From contig NIVC01002152.1 in NCBI GenBank assembly GCA_002269645.1, positions 136,069 to 200,068 on the forward strand: DNA of 64,000 nucleotides. The letters are read 5' to 3'. Below are positions 62,779-64,000 of this stretch, one piece after another. Every line of letters begins with the position of its first letter. Within the stretch, counting starts at the first letter, position 1. Source of the DNA: Macrostomum lignano (Eukaryota). Under the pieces are notes generated by a model that did not search any database, was not told the origin of the DNA, and worked only from the letters and a program-made list of their open reading frames with translations. A program made the position numbers and the translations under genes.

Positions 62779-63223
62779 TGGAGTCTAAACAGACTCAAGA
62801 GTCTCAACAGACTCAAATAGACTTCAAGTCACACTAGACTTGAGCGAGACGTCTCTAACACAACGGGCGCAAATAAGGAAGGCTTACCGCAACAATTCGA
62901 CCGAGTCTCGATTGACTTGGTGTTCAGGAAGTCCTCCTAAGGCTTCCTCTTCGGAGCTTCTCCTCTCGTCGGGAGTTGGCTCCTGGTCCGCTTCGGACCG
63001 CTTGTATTTATAGGCAACTTTTTGATCCAAAATAGCATCATGACAATTCACGTGTTGCGCTAAAAGGGGAAAATGGCTCATGGCGTATTATTTTGGTAAC
63101 ATCTTTTCTTGGTAACGTAATTCATTCAAAGCTAAGGCGCACATGCGTCTACTTACTTACTTGTAGTAGCATTATACGATTATCTTCTTTTTACCTTTTT
63201 AACGGGAGGTAGAACACTCTACA
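62779..63223 (-). mobile_element. Partial LTR of the same family (U3 plus part of R)
   Basis: U3 nearly identical to 60891-61099, R most similar to 62140-62260. Abuts the preceding LTR terminus directly. Confidence 0.75.
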
Positions 63224-63389
63224 AAAACTCCTTTTTTTACGAAAAACTCGTCCCGAGTTTTAACAATGAAATAAGAAAATCGGTTTGGTGAATTATTGTA
63301 CACTTTACACGTAAGACCATTTATATATTTACTCGTAGCGTAAATTGCGTGTTAATAAGGGTTAGTACTGTTAAGTCTATGCCCCGTTA

Positions 63390-64000
63390 CTGTCTGTTAC
63401 TCCATCTGCCGGGGATACCTGTTGTCCTCGCGTTGCTGCCGAGGCATTCAGCCGAAAGTTTGTCCTGAGCAGGCTGCTCACTGATGTGCGGTTCGCGCCA
63501 CCAGGGATGCCACTGCCCAGTACAGCGACTGAAACTTAGTGAATCGCGGATCCTCGGTCCGCTCCAGCAAAAGCAGATAGGCCTCTATGGTCGTAAGTGG
63601 TTCTTCTGCACGCACCATAGTCCTGGCGATGTCTAGCAGCCACCGCCAGTCGGCCTGATGCTGAAGCGGCCATGGCCACGTTCTTACGGCGACGGCCAGC
63701 TGCTCCAGGGTTAGCGCGTCAGCTCTGGACAGCGAACATCGGCGCCAGCAGCACAGACGCTGTGTTGGACAGCGGAGCCAGACACACGGTGCACGTCATG
63801 ATGTCACGTGCCCCGTACCGCTGAAGGCAGCTGAAACACACCCAATGCGATTCGAACAGATTTGTACATTGGGCTGGTCACCGCAGAGGGCGCATTGGAC
63901 CCGCGGCCTGCGACAGACCGGGCAGGCGGAAAGAATCGTCACCTCGCCAATTTCTCCAGCCCGTTTCGTCGCAGGGGAAGCACACCATTCACAAGTCGGG
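63390..64000 (-). pseudogene. Frameshifted RING-finger-like coding fragment (runs off the window)
   Basis: CEWC...CPVC..PRVQCALC / LFESHWVCFSCLQRY...MTCTVC / LTLEQLAVAVRTWPWP...YWAVASL in three frames. GC-rich coding-like composition. Confidence 0.5.

Overview
Eukaryotic (animal) genomic DNA. GC-rich exons, minisatellite-filled introns and a CORE-type SINE resemble a Macrostomum-like flatworm, but that is inference only. Three intron-containing genes could be assembled by hand on the minus strand: TM9SF3 (3 exons, 585 aa), an SH2+SOCS-box protein (3 coding exons, about 335 aa) and p70 S6 kinase (6 coding exons, about 538 aa, with a one-base frameshift in exon 2 and a probable GC-AG intron). 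An unidentified secreted-protein ORF lies at the left edge and a broken RING-finger ORF at the right edge. The rest is tandem repeats and mobile-element debris: three CORE-SINE copies, two Penelope-like fragments each ending in a minimal hammerhead-ribozyme core, THAP/P-element, Ty3/gypsy, Tc1, hAT, Harbinger-like and Ginger-like remnants, an RTE non-LTR element, and three related LTRs with exchanged promoter modules inserted in an unidentified, possibly viral, ORF-dense tract. The clearest large-scale pattern is two sharply bounded CpG-depleted domains (about 16.0-24.4 kb and 43.9-49.8 kb) at the 5' ends of the SOCS and S6K genes. There are no rRNA, true tRNA or CRISPR features.
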